DNA of 61,357 nt, filler included, from Globobulimina sp. (Eukaryota): the NCBI GenBank assembly GCA_003354225.1. It is 18 parts of 18 records of this genome, joined end to end, with 100 filler letters (N's around TTAATTAATTAA, not from the genome) between each part and the next. Parts side by side here need not be neighbours in the genome. Positions count along the whole stretch, not along the records: positions 30,744 to 34,058 come from PIVH01003117.1; positions 34,159 to 37,472 come from PIVH01003118.1; positions 37,573 to 40,886 come from PIVH01003119.1; positions 40,987 to 44,299 come from PIVH01003120.1; positions 44,400 to 47,711 come from PIVH01003121.1; 13 more parts are not named here. One strand, 5' to 3'. Shown here piece by piece: positions 32,939-45,319 of this stretch. The notes under the pieces are model-generated. The model had not been told where the DNA came from. It saw only the letters and a list, made by a program, of their open reading frames with translations, and ran no database searches. How positions within the stretch are numbered: position 1 is the first letter of the stretch; every line of letters starts with the position of its first letter. The position numbers were made by a program, and so were the translations under genes.

Positions 32939-33898
32939 TTATGATGGAATATAATTATTTATAAATGAATCAAACTTTGCTTCGTCTGCATTGCAATTAT
33001 AGCCAGTTCTACAGCAATCCTTATATGTTTTTTTGACTTTTTTCAAAAACAATACATAATCATTATATATCTTCAAATCCTTGACGTGAAATGATGTCTT
33101 TTGTTGAATGATATGTTCAAACAATGTGTTTCGTTGACTATATACATGTTTCTTTAATTTAGAAGTATCATAAACATCCCCTGTTTTTACAGCACCCACA
33201 AAAAATATACGTCCATTAATTCTCTCGTATATTGGCTTCAAATCCGACACTGTCTTAAATTGATTAATATAATGATCATATTGCTCTGCAGCAAGAAGCT
33301 GAGCGTACGACATAATGATTGAGATTTTATTCATTCCAAGAAATAATTCGCTAAATAGATTGAATGATTCTATGTCATGCGGATTCAATCCCTGTTGCAA
33401 ATTCATCACAAAATAAACATGATTTATTTTCGTGATTTCCATGTCAATGCATTTTTTGATTGTATCCAAAATAATTTCATTTGTTCTTTGATCGTTAATA
33501 TCCAAAGTACGCTCAAATAATCCCGGCGTGTCCATAATGTTAATTTGTAAATTCCCGTTAAATTTCTTTGATTTTATAGTAAATGATTCAAGTTTGGCTT
33601 CAAATGTACCACGTAATATCGTGGTTGGACCAGGATTGAAATCCCTATCTTTCAACACATTGACCAACGTTGTCTTGCCTGACCTTCCTCTGCCCACAAA
33701 TAGTATATTGCGCACTTCTGCATTCACCAATTTGTAGTCAGACTCAGTGTAATAACTCTGATTGCCTCCAAACAATAAAAACATTATAACTGCAATAAAA
33801 GCAATTACCGCACCCATCAAGACATACATTGAAGTTAAGCGTACTGGCCGTGTAGCTGTGCTTTCTTCGCCTTCAGATCTTTCTTGCAGTTGTGCCAT
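32939..33898 (-). CDS. AIG1/GIMAP-like GTPase with N-terminal signal-anchor
   Basis: TM VLMGAVIAFIAVIMFLLF after a short polar head. G1 GRGRSGKT and G3 DTPGLF. Ends NYIPS* with no EL tail. Confidence 0.85.
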   Translation of the reverse strand: MAQLQERSEGEESTATRPVRLTSMYVLMGAVIAFIAVIMFLLFGGNQSYYTESDYKLVNAEVRNILFVGRGRSGKTTLVNVLKDRDFNPGPTTILRGTFEAKLESFTIKSKKFNGNLQINIMDTPGLFERTLDINDQRTNEIILDTIKKCIDMEITKINHVYFVMNLQQGLNPHDIESFNLFSELFLGMNKISIIMSYAQLLAAEQYDHYINQFKTVSDLKPIYERINGRIFFVGAVKTGDVYDTSKLKKHVYSQRNTLFEHIIQQKTSFHVKDLKIYNDYVLFLKKVKKTYKDCCRTGYNCNADEAKFDSFINNYIPS

Positions 33899-34158
33899 TG
33901 CAAAAAGTGAGTCACGCAATATATAAAAAAGTACACTTTAATTAATACACTGTAAAATCTCTCTTAACGATATATCCCAAAAGATAACCCCGCGTTTGGA
34001 TAACCCCCCCCCTTTGTATACCGAAAATTCAATTATAAATTTGTTCTGACTTTTTTCTNNNNNNNNNNNNNNNNNNNNNNNNNNNNNNNNNNNNNNNNNN
34101 NNTTAATTAATTAANNNNNNNNNNNNNNNNNNNNNNNNNNNNNNNNNNNNNNNNNNNN

Positions 34159-37100
34159 CTTTAATCGCTTTGACTGATTCTCTTTTTTTAATAAAATCAG
34201 TTTCTTTTTTATTTTTTTGTGATTGTTTAACTCGATCAATATTTTCTTGTCTTCGATTTTGTCTTTCTTTAATTTCAGCTTCTTTTAATTTCTTTAATTT
34301 TTTCCGTCTTATTTTCATGATTCGATCGACCACCAACGATTTTTCCTGTTTATATAATCTTTTATCCTTTTTTAGATTTGGTTTCATCGGCACAGTCCAA
34401 TCCGATTCAACTTTGAAATTTTTATTGATGGCAAACACTTTAAATCTATAAAATTGATTCTTGTCTAAGGCTTGAAATTCCACTTTATGTTTACCTCTGG
34501 CTTTCTTCTCTGTGGTCGGTGGGTCCGATATAATGGAAAAGTATCCATTGACACTCGGTTCCTCCATATTATCGAAGGAAAACCAGAAAACAGTAATACA
34601 TCGATCCCCTACAACTGTATGTAAATCAGTCGGCTCATCGGGTTTTTTCAGCGGTCTTAATCGTACATTATTGCTCCAATCCGATGTACCAAATTTATTT
34701 TTTGCTCGTACTCTAAATGTATAATCCCAGCCATTGCGCAACGAATCAATTTTAACTTGTGTTTCTGTGGTAATTGCGGCTTGTTTGTGGTATGGCGCTG
34801 CTTTTATTTCATATTTTGGTTGAAATCCACGATAAAAATAATAATTTGGACATTCATATTTTAAGAAAACAGCGGAATCTCTGGCGATTTCTCGCGTAAA
34901 TATAGGTGGTGGCGGCGGTACACTTAATACGACCGGTTCATGAATATCCGAATAAGTGACACTTTGATGATTTACGCATTTTATACGAAACACATATTGT
35001 TGGCCGGCAAATAATGGTCGCAATATTATTGGCGATGAACTATGTTTTTTCTTTAATATTTGTCTTATTCCCTCATCCAATGTCGATTCAAATGACTTTT
35101 CTTTGTTTGATTTTCTTGGCGATGCTGAATATTGAAAATTCATCTCGTCGTCGACCAAAATATCATCCATTATTTGGTTATAAAGTTCCAATGAATCATC
35201 ATATTCTTCCTTGGTATCATCCGTTTCTTTCTTCTCTTCTTCATCATTATCATTACCATCATATTGTTTATTGTACGCATTGGGATCAATCAAATCCAAT
35301 TCAAACCATGCTCTGCAATCAATGCTATCAAATGCTTTTGCGTGAAAATGTATGGCCATAAACCATAGTTTCTCGTCCTTGGTCACATAATCAATGATTG
35401 GTTTCGGTGGTTTTCGAACTGGAATATATCGATATGGCTTATTATAATTCCCATTGCTTCCAACCTCATTCTCTGCCTCAATAATAACTTTGTATTCCTT
35501 TCCCAATCTAATTTTTGACACAATTAATTGCTCAAATTTAACAAATTTATTATTTGTCTCTTCATTTCCAATGGGCTCTCCGCTATGTACTATTTGCACG
35601 CGTTCATTTTCTGTATCTACCTCATATTTGTTATCGTCATTCATTACAAATGAGTCATCGCCAGGCCATGGGGTTACTTTTATAAATAATTTGAGTGGAT
35701 TTGATATCGGATTCATTGATTTATTGTGATAGGCTTTGGATGGATATATCGGATCAATTCGTAATATCTCTGATTGTGGGTCGCAACTTATTTTACTAAT
35801 AACACCCATATCTGGCATTGTTTTGGCCATAATGCTATCAGACAACGATGATTCTGTATGGGTGATTGTATTGGATAGTTTGATGCTAAATTTATATTCT
35901 TGCTGCAATCCTAAATTGTAAAAATCAAAAATATCTCGTTTCCAGCCTTCTTTCTTTAATTTGACGCCTTTCTCTGCCAATTTAATATTGGCCATCATGT
36001 CAGTAAAAAATGCATCCGATGTATCCTTCCGTTGATGTCCATGCTCAGCTCCTTTTGTATAAACTTCAGCTTCTTTTACATCGATATCTTGCTTGTCCTC
36101 ATCTTGATTAATTTGTATAATTTCAAATCTATCTTCAATATTTGCATCGGTTTGATTATGTGCAGTAATTTCGACCCATTGTTTGATATTTGGTGCGCCA
36201 TCAATCACTAACTTCTTATAATCAAATTCAATGGAAACACAGTTATTTTTACTTGTGGTTAAGTTTACAAATTGCGGGGCATCAAATAATTTCAATGCTT
36301 TGGTTGTAACCGCCATATTTATATCATTTCCATCCTCTGAATGCCAGCCTTCCTCATCAATGATGCGGATCCATCCCTTTCTGGGTGGAATTAATAGCGA
36401 ATCTGCCTTGGCTTTGTAATATACTTTTTTCTTAACCATATCAGCAATGCACCAGGTGGCTATGGTGGTGTCTCCCGTTGAATCTTTGTCACAAACTCGC
36501 AATTCTAATGAAGGTAAATCATTATGGCAAAATGTCATGGATTTAAATGCTTCGTCGAACATAACCGGACCATAAAAACCATCAATAAAGGTATATTCCA
36601 ATGGTATGGCATATTCACAATCAGTAATATCAGATACCAGCTGCAATGGATCTGTATACAAATCCATTAATTCTGCAACCATTCCAGTGATTGGTGTAAC
36701 TTCAACAGTATTTGTTTTACTTTTTGCCTCATCCTCTTCCTCATCATTATCATTATCCGTATCTGTATCTTTATGTTTAATTGTTACTTTCCTCCATGGT
36801 TTCTGTCTAAATTGAATAATTTTATATTTTGAGGTTAATGGTTCTGTCTTTTTTTGTAATGATATTCTTCTCAAAAATTGTGGGAATAATCCCGTATGTT
36901 TATCGTTATCTGCTTCATTTGGATCTAAATATAACGAAGATGGCCTCAAATTCTTTGGCTCCTCATCATTATTTTCTTTTTCTTTATCATCATGCACCAC
37001 AAATTCGACAATATCCTTTTGTTCTGATTCATAGTCTAAATCTGTTCGAATAACATCCGATCCATCATCTTCTTCGTCATTAATATTAATATCAATATCA

Positions 37101-37472
37101 TCGCCACTGTCCGCATAACTGCGTTGTTTCTCAATATTGGGTGCATTTGCAGTGGATTCCACATAAAACTCTTCGTCATTCATGGGATGGACACCTAACA
37201 ATTCATCAATCTCATCCTCATCTATTTTTTCATCCACATCTGGAGGCTCCACTGATTGCATTGGCGTAAGCATTGTTGTTGTGGTATAAAAGTCATTCCA
37301 ATCTTCCACTGGAAGTTGATCAATTTTTTCTTCATTCTCATCTTCTTGATCAATATATTTAAGTTTCATTTGTTTTTCTAATTCAAATTTTTGTTCCAAA
37401 CGTCGCAATGTGTCCCCATCATATTTATGTCCCGCATGGAGAGTTAATAAAACAATAAATATAGGAAATTCT
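34159..37472 (-). CDS. Large acidic protein with several fibronectin type III repeats (both ends cut)
   Basis: The frame is open across the whole contig. FN3 signatures include LRNGWDYTFRVRAKNKFGTSDWS, YKVIIEAENEVG, YVFRIKCVN and FYRFKVFAIN. Confidence 0.85.
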
Positions 37473-37572
37473 NNNNNNNNNNNNNNNNNNNNNNNNNNNN
37501 NNNNNNNNNNNNNNNNTTAATTAATTAANNNNNNNNNNNNNNNNNNNNNNNNNNNNNNNNNNNNNNNNNNNN

Positions 37573-38040
37573 ACTATCTTTTTTGAAAGTAGTATCCAGA
37601 CAAATGTATCAATTGAACCAGCAAAAACAGATGAGGAAAAAGAGCAAAAATTTGATAACAGAGAGCCAACTTTGATTATGCCAATCGTAAAAGGCCTGAA
37701 CTATGATAAAATAGATCAGCTTAAAATGGATAATATCATGGAAACATTGACAGCGAAAAGAGAGGAGAATAGGAAGAGGAAAAGATGTTTTTTTGATATC
37801 AAAGGAGAATGTTTTGATTTTTTGTGGGAAGGAGTATGTGACAAAGGATTGCATATAAATGGAACGCGTGGACAAAATAAAAATTTACCACATCCATTGG
37901 CAGAGCGGAGGCAAAGAAGGAGGGATCGGCAAATGAATATTCAGCAAAGGCCTTATTCAAAGACACCGCAAGGGAGAACAAATAAATATCCCTATAATCC
38001 CAACCCGCAGCAACAAAGATCTCCACATAACAGACAATAA
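37573..38040 (+). CDS. Gag-like ORF1 C-terminus with degenerate CCCH-like finger
   Basis: The frame is open from the contig edge. ECFDFLWEGVCDKG...PH is followed by a basic tail and lies directly upstream of RT. Confidence 0.45.
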   Translation, partial: TIFFESSIQTNVSIEPAKTDEEKEQKFDNREPTLIMPIVKGLNYDKIDQLKMDNIMETLTAKREENRKRKRCFFDIKGECFDFLWEGVCDKGLHINGTRGQNKNLPHPLAERRQRRRDRQMNIQQRPYSKTPQGRTNKYPYNPNPQQQRSPHNRQ

Positions 38041-38353
38041 ATGAGTTGTCGTGGAAGAAGGGAAGCAAATAAAAACATCAATAAAAAGAGCACATTTCAC
38101 ATTTTTTTACTTCTATTATGTATGACATATAAATGGCAAGATGCTTTTTTCCGTATCGGAACCATTTACATGTCTGCAAAAAATATATTCTTTTTCCTTT
38201 TTGAAAGCTTTTCTGAAAATGTGCCGGGTTTTATACTTTTTTCTTTTTCTTAACTTCAACAATATTTAAATTATCTCATCGCCAAATTATTAAACCACTA
38301 AACAGGAGCAAACCTATAAGGACAGCCATCCAAAAATCAGAAAAAACCACAAA

Positions 38354-40241
38354 ATGCGAGAGATATACAAAAAATGGAAAAATATGAACGTTCCAAGTCT
38401 TCCCCCAGTCTGGGAATTGCCAGCAAAGAAATTCATACATGCAATGAATACATTGCCGAACGGGAAAACGGGAAACACTGGTTTTCCAAACAAAGAAGAC
38501 CAAGAAAAGATGGAAAACCTACTTAGAACTGGCGCGACAATAACGGCCAACTCCAAAACCAAAGTCGAAGCGAGTGCCGAGGGCGAAGAGGTAGAATATC
38601 CTCTAACAATTGATCAACATCTCAAAAAATGCGAAATCATACAAAAACTCATTGAGCAAAAAGCAATATGGGGACCCCATCATATTAATGATATGCCAGA
38701 AGGATTCGAAGATTATCACATAAATCCAGTATTTATTAAAGATGACACACCATTAGACCACCTATTAACAGGAGCAGCAAAAAAAGAGAGAATAATCGTA
38801 GATTGTTCCAAAGCAGCTACACCAGGATTTGCTCCAAATGATAATATTTTAGACACCGAGAAATCATGCGAGTACATCACGATAATGGCAATCATCCAAT
38901 TAATTGTAACTACAAAGATAAAATGGATGGTAGCGGCTGACGCACAAAATGCGTTCAACCGAGTGCCAATCAACAAAAAATTCATGAAATGGTTTGGAAT
39001 GAGAGTCGGCGAATGGATATTTTTATGGACAGCACTCGTTTTAGGAGTGGCGTCGAGTTATAATATCAACGCATTATTTGCAGGCACAGTGGCATGGATA
39101 ATAGCAAATTCTTTTCAGTATTTATTTTTTATAGCGGAGCTATGCGTCCTTAAGAACTATTTGGATGATTTCTTTGCCGGCCACCATAATGAAGCCATGG
39201 CCTGGCAGCAATATCATGCAATAAAATGGATGTTTAAGTGGTTGGGCATTCCTACACAACAAAGAAAGATGATACCTCCGACCCAGATATTAATATGGAT
39301 CGGATTTATAATTAATTGTATAACACAAACACTCGCAATTCCCAGGGCTAAAATAGCCAAAACAACAGTAAAGGGACAATTGCTTTTATTATTACATAAA
39401 CAGAAACGGAATGCAGTCGCAAAGCAAATAACATCGTTTGTAGGCATATCTCGCCACGTTTCATACATCCATTACTATATAATACCGGCCCTAAGGCGCT
39501 TAGAGGAGGCCGTAGCAAAAAAGGAGCCCGCGATCCGGTCAGGATTACAGTTGAGATGGCGAGAGATATTAAAGTGATATTGGACCCAATATCGGATCCA
39601 ACAAAGAATTCCATCCCATTCCATTGGCTACTTTATGATAAAGCAAATGCAGACATTACCATTGAAACAGACGCATCGGGAAAAATAGGATTGGGTGGAA
39701 TTGTAATGAGAGAAAATGCAGAATATTACGCAGCATACTATAAGGATTTGCCAGAGTGGAATTATGCAAATCCACCGGATATTGTTTATTTAGAATTATT
39801 AGCGATTTATGTCATGTTAAAAATAACGGCAAAAAATTGGAATGGAAAAGCATTATTACTGCTTTGTGACAATGCAGCAGTTTGCGCCATCGTAGCAAAA
39901 AAGAGCGCTTGCTTTTATAGGAAGGACTTGCAAGAACTCTTAAGGAGAATATGCACACTCTGCAATGCATATTGTTTCTACATTTGGATAAAATGGATAT
40001 CAATGAAAATGATAATCCAAGATCAGATGGGTTATCCCGAGGATATAAACATGCATTGGAAACATGCGAGGCAAATATAGCCGCCAATGAAGGAATAAAA
40101 ATATACAAAGAAGCAAGGAAACGAATGGGAATAAGCAAAGTAAAAGGAACGAATTGCAATTGCGACAATGAGCTAACTTGCATACAACAAAAAACATATA
40201 ATCGATGGAAACCAGCAAAAAATAATAAACGCTTTGGATAA
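38354..40241 (+). pseudogene. Reverse transcriptase-RNase H of DIRS type, frameshifted near 39520-39530 and 40000
   Basis: RT motifs: KERIIVDCS, AADAQNAFNRVPI, LVLGVASS, YLDDFF, LGIP..PPTQILIWIG. RNase H motifs: IETDASG, IVYLELLAI, LLCDNAAV, NPRSDGLSR. Confidence 0.88.
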
Positions 40242-40429
40242 ACAACAAAGACAAACTTCGAGATAACTTTTCATTTTTTTCTTATTTAATTATTCGGTCA
40301 AACTTTCGAGAATTTCGGTCATAGTTTCAAGAAAGCAGCTGCCGTTCACGAGACCTTTAACAAAAAAGTTTTCACTTTCACACTTTCCTTAGCTCACTAA
40401 ACAAAACCACTTTCTGTTTATAAACAAAG

Positions 40430-40633
40430 ATGTCGACGACACAAAAAACGAGCAAAAAATTCAAACCGCGTCGATTAACGCCCTTAGAATTTGCCAGACA
40501 AAAACAAATCAATTGGCAATATAGGCATGCAACAAACACTAACGATCAATATAATTCAGTCGAGAAATATTGGATAATTTATTCAAAACTGCATGAAAAA
40601 CCAATCACCGTATTTATATGTAAAAGGACATAA
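40430..40633 (+). pseudogene. Possible N-terminus of the element's tyrosine recombinase, truncated
   Basis: Position after RNase H, and ATNTNDQYNSVEKYWIIY resembles the T..Y....W/F helix of YR N-terminal domains. No catalytic RHRY region is present. Confidence 0.4.
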
Positions 40634-41138
40634 TAACACAGTGCAGCAAAAACATGATTTGAGGCTCAAAATTGTGTCCGTAATTTCTGCTTTTAAATGC
40701 CAGCCAGTTTTCAAAATGCCAGCCAAATGTTGCGTTTCTAACTTTAGGTTCACCTCTCTAGTCTCTACTCTCTCGTCAGTGTTCTTGCTGTCTTGTATGA
40801 TACAGATAAGACTCTTAAGAGTCCTATCAATTTATTAAATGGAAATGGAAATGGGTGAAACTGGAATTTTGGGATGATTGCAATTGNNNNNNNNNNNNNN
40901 NNNNNNNNNNNNNNNNNNNNNNNNNNNNNNTTAATTAATTAANNNNNNNNNNNNNNNNNNNNNNNNNNNNNNNNNNNNNNNNNNNNAATATGTATTATAA
41001 AGTATATTTAATTGAATTAAAATTAATGTTATTTTATCCACATCGATAATTGTCAATAAAACCGTAGACAGCTCACACAGTCACGGAGTCACCCCTCTTA
41101 TTCTCAAAACATAATGTTCTATAATATACTATTTTATA

Positions 41139-41262
41139 TATCTATTATCTATTATCTATTATCTATTCTATTATCTATTATCTATTATCTATTATCTATT
41201 ATCTATTATCTATTCTATTATCTATTATCTGTTATCTATTATCTATTATCTGTTATCTATTA
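41139..41262. repeat. (TATTATC)n 7-bp minisatellite
   Basis: About 17 copies with a few variants (TGTTATC, TATTC). Confidence 0.95.
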
Positions 41263-41336
41263 CCAAATTTCATCGATTTTTCCCAAAAAAATAGTTTTAG
41301 GATTTCCATTTTTAAACTCAGTCAAAAACTAAGTCC

Positions 41337-42695
41337 ATGGAAAAGATGCCCAGGAAATGTTTCAGTCAACAAGATTTTATCAATAATCGAAGTGATTCAT
41401 TTTCAAGATCATTATCACAAGATGCAGTTCCAACATTTAGTTTTAACAACAACAGTTCATCGCTACCACCACCGAATAATGGACGAGGCAGAGATTGGGA
41501 TTTCAAAGCAAAACGAGAATGCGTGACAGCAGTTATTGAATTGAAAAGAAGATGGATAGAATATTGTAAACAGGGCAATAAAGGGTATCTTAATACTGGT
41601 GGTAACGCCATCGATCGCCTTGAAAAATCATTAAGTGCGGCACAGTTAGTATACGTTGAGAGGCCGTGCAATTTTGTTTTGTTGGGATGGATGAAAGCAT
41701 CATCAGTTTGGATGCATGACCAATTGCGCGAGATATTATGTCCAGAGTCATTGGGAGTGGATGAAGAAAATTATTGTGTATGCGGCTCATATCAATTTAA
41801 AGTAAACAGAAACAAAGCAAATATGCGATATTTAAATAATAATAATTCAAATAATAATTTTGCTGAGAATACATATCCAAATTATGGTAATTTTGCTGGG
41901 AATAATAATAATTTTGCTGAGAATAATAATTTTGTTGGGAATAATTATGGTAACTTATCTGTGTCAATCCCAACAGAGCCAAAATCACAATTTAAACCGC
42001 AGATATCAGCGCCAATATCATTTCGCTTCAAAGCAGACAGAGTTGACAGAGAATATAAATGTATTGATGATGATTTTAAAAAAAAGAAAGGTGCTGCCGA
42101 ATATGTTAAGGCGATGTTGCAAGTTACTCATTCAAAATGGGATTATGCTGCTTACCGTTCCGATGTCGAACCATTTATGAAAAGTGTAAACTATGCGGCT
42201 TCAAATCAAAGGTCGCAAGTTACAAAATTTTATAATAACAAAGTGGAGGAAAGTGGAGTAACAGTGGGAGTTTTTCGTTTGGGCGGCATGTCAAGAGCAC
42301 AAACAACACAATGGCTCACAAAAGATTATAGGGATTGGTTTGCAGCAAAGTTTGATTGGAAACGAGATAAAAAAGAAGAAAAATCACGTAAGAGAACACG
42401 TGAAAGTGACCATGACTTTGAGAAGCAACCACAACACAAAAAACAGAAAACCGAAAATATTGAGGAGCTCGATATTGACGATGTGGATAATGTGGATATT
42501 GATGATGTGGATATTGATATTTTAAAAAAGGGGCATGCCAAAAAGCATATTGATATTGGTGATAAAAACAAAGTATGTCATAAAGCCATAAATGCATTAC
42601 ATGGAATACTTGCAAAGGTCGAAGACATTGAAGACAAATTAGATGTTTTAAAGAAAAGCATTGCAGACTCACTTAAATTTTTTATAAATGCATAA
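41337..42695 (+). CDS. Hypothetical protein (Asn-rich repeats, basic NLS-like segment, C-terminal coiled coil)
   Basis: 452-aa intronless ATG ORF with NNNFAEN repeats, KSRKRTRE..KKQK and a heptad-like C-terminus. Confidence 0.6.
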   Translation: MEKMPRKCFSQQDFINNRSDSFSRSLSQDAVPTFSFNNNSSSLPPPNNGRGRDWDFKAKRECVTAVIELKRRWIEYCKQGNKGYLNTGGNAIDRLEKSLSAAQLVYVERPCNFVLLGWMKASSVWMHDQLREILCPESLGVDEENYCVCGSYQFKVNRNKANMRYLNNNNSNNNFAENTYPNYGNFAGNNNNFAENNNFVGNNYGNLSVSIPTEPKSQFKPQISAPISFRFKADRVDREYKCIDDDFKKKKGAAEYVKAMLQVTHSKWDYAAYRSDVEPFMKSVNYAASNQRSQVTKFYNNKVEESGVTVGVFRLGGMSRAQTTQWLTKDYRDWFAAKFDWKRDKKEEKSRKRTRESDHDFEKQPQHKKQKTENIEELDIDDVDNVDIDDVDIDILKKGHAKKHIDIGDKNKVCHKAINALHGILAKVEDIEDKLDVLKKSIADSLKFFINA

Positions 42696-42980
42696 TGATA
42701 TTTTTCACTTCAGTCAAAATTAAAAGATATTTGTCACTTCAGTCGCATTGTTTCTTGATTTGACTGTATACCGAATATTTCCCTTGCATTCCGAATATTT
42801 CCCTAGCAAACTTTAACTTATACATGTTAGCTGACTTTATATATATACATTCAAAGAGATAGCCACATTCCTTTGGTGTAGAATATTTAAATGCTGATAT
42901 TAAAGAATCAAATATGTTTACAAAATATGTTTACAAAAAAGAATCAAATATGTTTACAAAAATATTAGTCACGCATTTAT

Positions 42981-44299
42981 TCATTCGTCATTTTTATTTT
43001 CTTCATTAATATTATTACGTTTGTTCCTTTGTTCCAAAAATGTCGCTAAATCTTCCATATATTCTAATCCAAATGACTCACCTTTTTGTTTTATCCACCA
43101 TTCAACTTTATATTGTATGACATCATTTCTGAAAGCACTATGACTTGTGAATAATGTTCCATCTGAATCTTGAACTTTACCAGCGATAACACTACCATCA
43201 CTGTATTTCAATGTTGTTCGATTGATTTCAGCTCTAATTGTTGTCCAGTATATAGGTTTGTTCCCTTTTTTATCATTATATGCTTTCAAATGATTTAATT
43301 TAACCAACAACATTTTACTTTCATCTGTTACATTTCCGATTGGCTTTGGCCCCCACTTAGATTCTGTTATTTGCCTTCTTAAACTTTGATTTTTCACCTT
43401 TGATTCATACAATAATACTTTATCACATTCAATACTTATATCCACATTCACACGAATAAAAACATCAACCCTTGGTCTCCATCTGTGAAAATCAAATAGC
43501 TTTACAATTTTATGTGTTATTTCTGATGGCCAAGATGTTGTAACATCAATGTTATCTTTACCTCCGAGTGATTTATAGTTATAACATGGTAATTTAATCA
43601 AATGATGCTTTGTATACCACGGGCCAAATAACTCAACTACTTTACACCATGGAAGTACAACACAACCTTCCAATACTTTAACAATACATTGAAATCGCAT
43701 TCTTGGTATCGATAATAACATTTCGTCTTCTTTATCTGTGTAATACAATAACATATATATTTTTCCATCATTACAATCTGTTTTAATTCTGACACATTCT
43801 GCATTTGCCATTCTTACATATTCACATGCTGGTACGTCATCTGGTGCTTGTATACTGTTCACTATTGCTTTATCACTGGTTTTATCATCAAAATTCTTTA
43901 TTTCTTGAACAATGTTACCACAAGTTAATTGCTTTACACTTAATATCGATGTTTGTAATTTTATTTTATCCATCGACATAATACATTTCATAAATGATAT
44001 CAATTCCAATATCTCTTCAAAATCATCCATTTCACGTAAAGTACGCATACATTGAATTGCAAAAGTAATTAATATTTGTTTTTCAGCAAGTGTTATCTTT
44101 TTCATTAATTGAATATGTGTTTTAGATGAATTATAATCATGCCAAATACATAATTGTATGCTTGTCCAATTATCACAGCCATACCATTCAAATTCTGTTT
44201 CCCATCCTTTCTGCAAATATTGTACTCCTGATACATCGTTGCAAACACTTGCCGCTGAATTAAACTCTGCCCAACATCCATCGAATAATAAACGAAATA
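42981..44299 (-). CDS. Hypothetical protein (5' cut)
   Basis: The frame is open to the contig edge (FRLLFDGCWAEFNS...), >430 aa, intronless, with no recognisable family. Confidence 0.6.
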
Positions 44300-44399
44300 N
44301 NNNNNNNNNNNNNNNNNNNNNNNNNNNNNNNNNNNNNNNNNNNTTAATTAATTAANNNNNNNNNNNNNNNNNNNNNNNNNNNNNNNNNNNNNNNNNNNN

Positions 44400-44518
44400 T
44401 GTCATATGACAGTATATTATTTCTATTTGTCCATATTGTGTTTGCAAATCAATGGTATTTACAGCACAATTGGTACAAAGACAGACGCTCTACTTTAAGG
44501 TTTGCCGTACGTATTTCT
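44400..44518. repeat. 119-bp terminal direct repeat, copy 1 (identical to 47593-47711)
   Basis: The first and last 119 nt of this contig are identical (TGTCATATGACAGTATATT...GCCGTACGTATTTCT). Confidence 0.95.
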
Positions 44519-45319
44519 AATTTCTTGCCATATGTAAAAGAATGCATTCAATCAAATATATAACATCTTTTGTAAAACATAAATAAAATTACAATTAAGA
44601 TGACAATAATAAAAAACTGCAAATAATTAATATATAAGAACGATACAAAATAAAATGATATGATACAAAATATTAAAAATGCAGATACAAATAATCAAAT
44701 AAAACACAGCAATACAGATGATATGTATTAAAAATATAAATTTAAAAGACAAAGGTTGTATTGCTGTGTAAAATAATTAATTATTTCCATTTGTTTACAA
44801 TATCAAAATCCAAAGAAACAAACAAGAAATCAATCAATTAATCATAAAAATAATGGTTTTATTATTATAATAATTTAATCACAATATTCACCATATCCAT
44901 ATTATGCCTATTGCTCGTTGCTGAAAAATAATAATCCATCCAAAATCCCAGTCACAATCGACAGCCCGCGCCGCCACCCACAACACCCCCTCCACCCACA
45001 AAACCCCCCTCCCCCCACCGCCAGTCACAACCAAAAGACATCGCTCCGCTCACTTTGAATCTTCAAAACTTAAGAAAAAAAAGAGTCCGAATGGTTTAAG
45101 TTTATATTAATACAAAGAATGAATGGTAGATGTAAATTTAAAGTGGGAAATTAAAGGTGTAAAATGAAAATGAAAATGAAAATGAAAATCTTTGCTTTTT
45201 TTTCCAACACACAAAAAACAAACAAGCAAAAAACAAACAGAATTATAATTACAATCAATCACCAGAACAGAAACACGAAAACAAAAACTGTCAGAACAGA
45301 TCAGATCAGAAAATCTTTC

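Larger units (their letters stand above)
37573..40615 (+). mobile_element. DIRS/Ngaro-like tyrosine-recombinase retrotransposon, internal part, degenerate
   Basis: Gene order is gag-like ORF, RT, DIRS-type RNase H, then the start of a putative YR ORF. Two frameshifts in pol. Termini are not in the contig. Confidence 0.8.

Noticed and set aside
40805..40828. Near-perfect palindrome GATAAGACTCTTAAGAGTCCTATC
   Set aside because: Isolated and short. It cannot be tied to a DIRS terminal repeat from this contig.
41139..41262. (TATTATC)n as a telomere, and the 72-aa IIYYLLS ORF
   Set aside because: Internal to the contig with no G-rich strand. The ORF is just the translated repeat.
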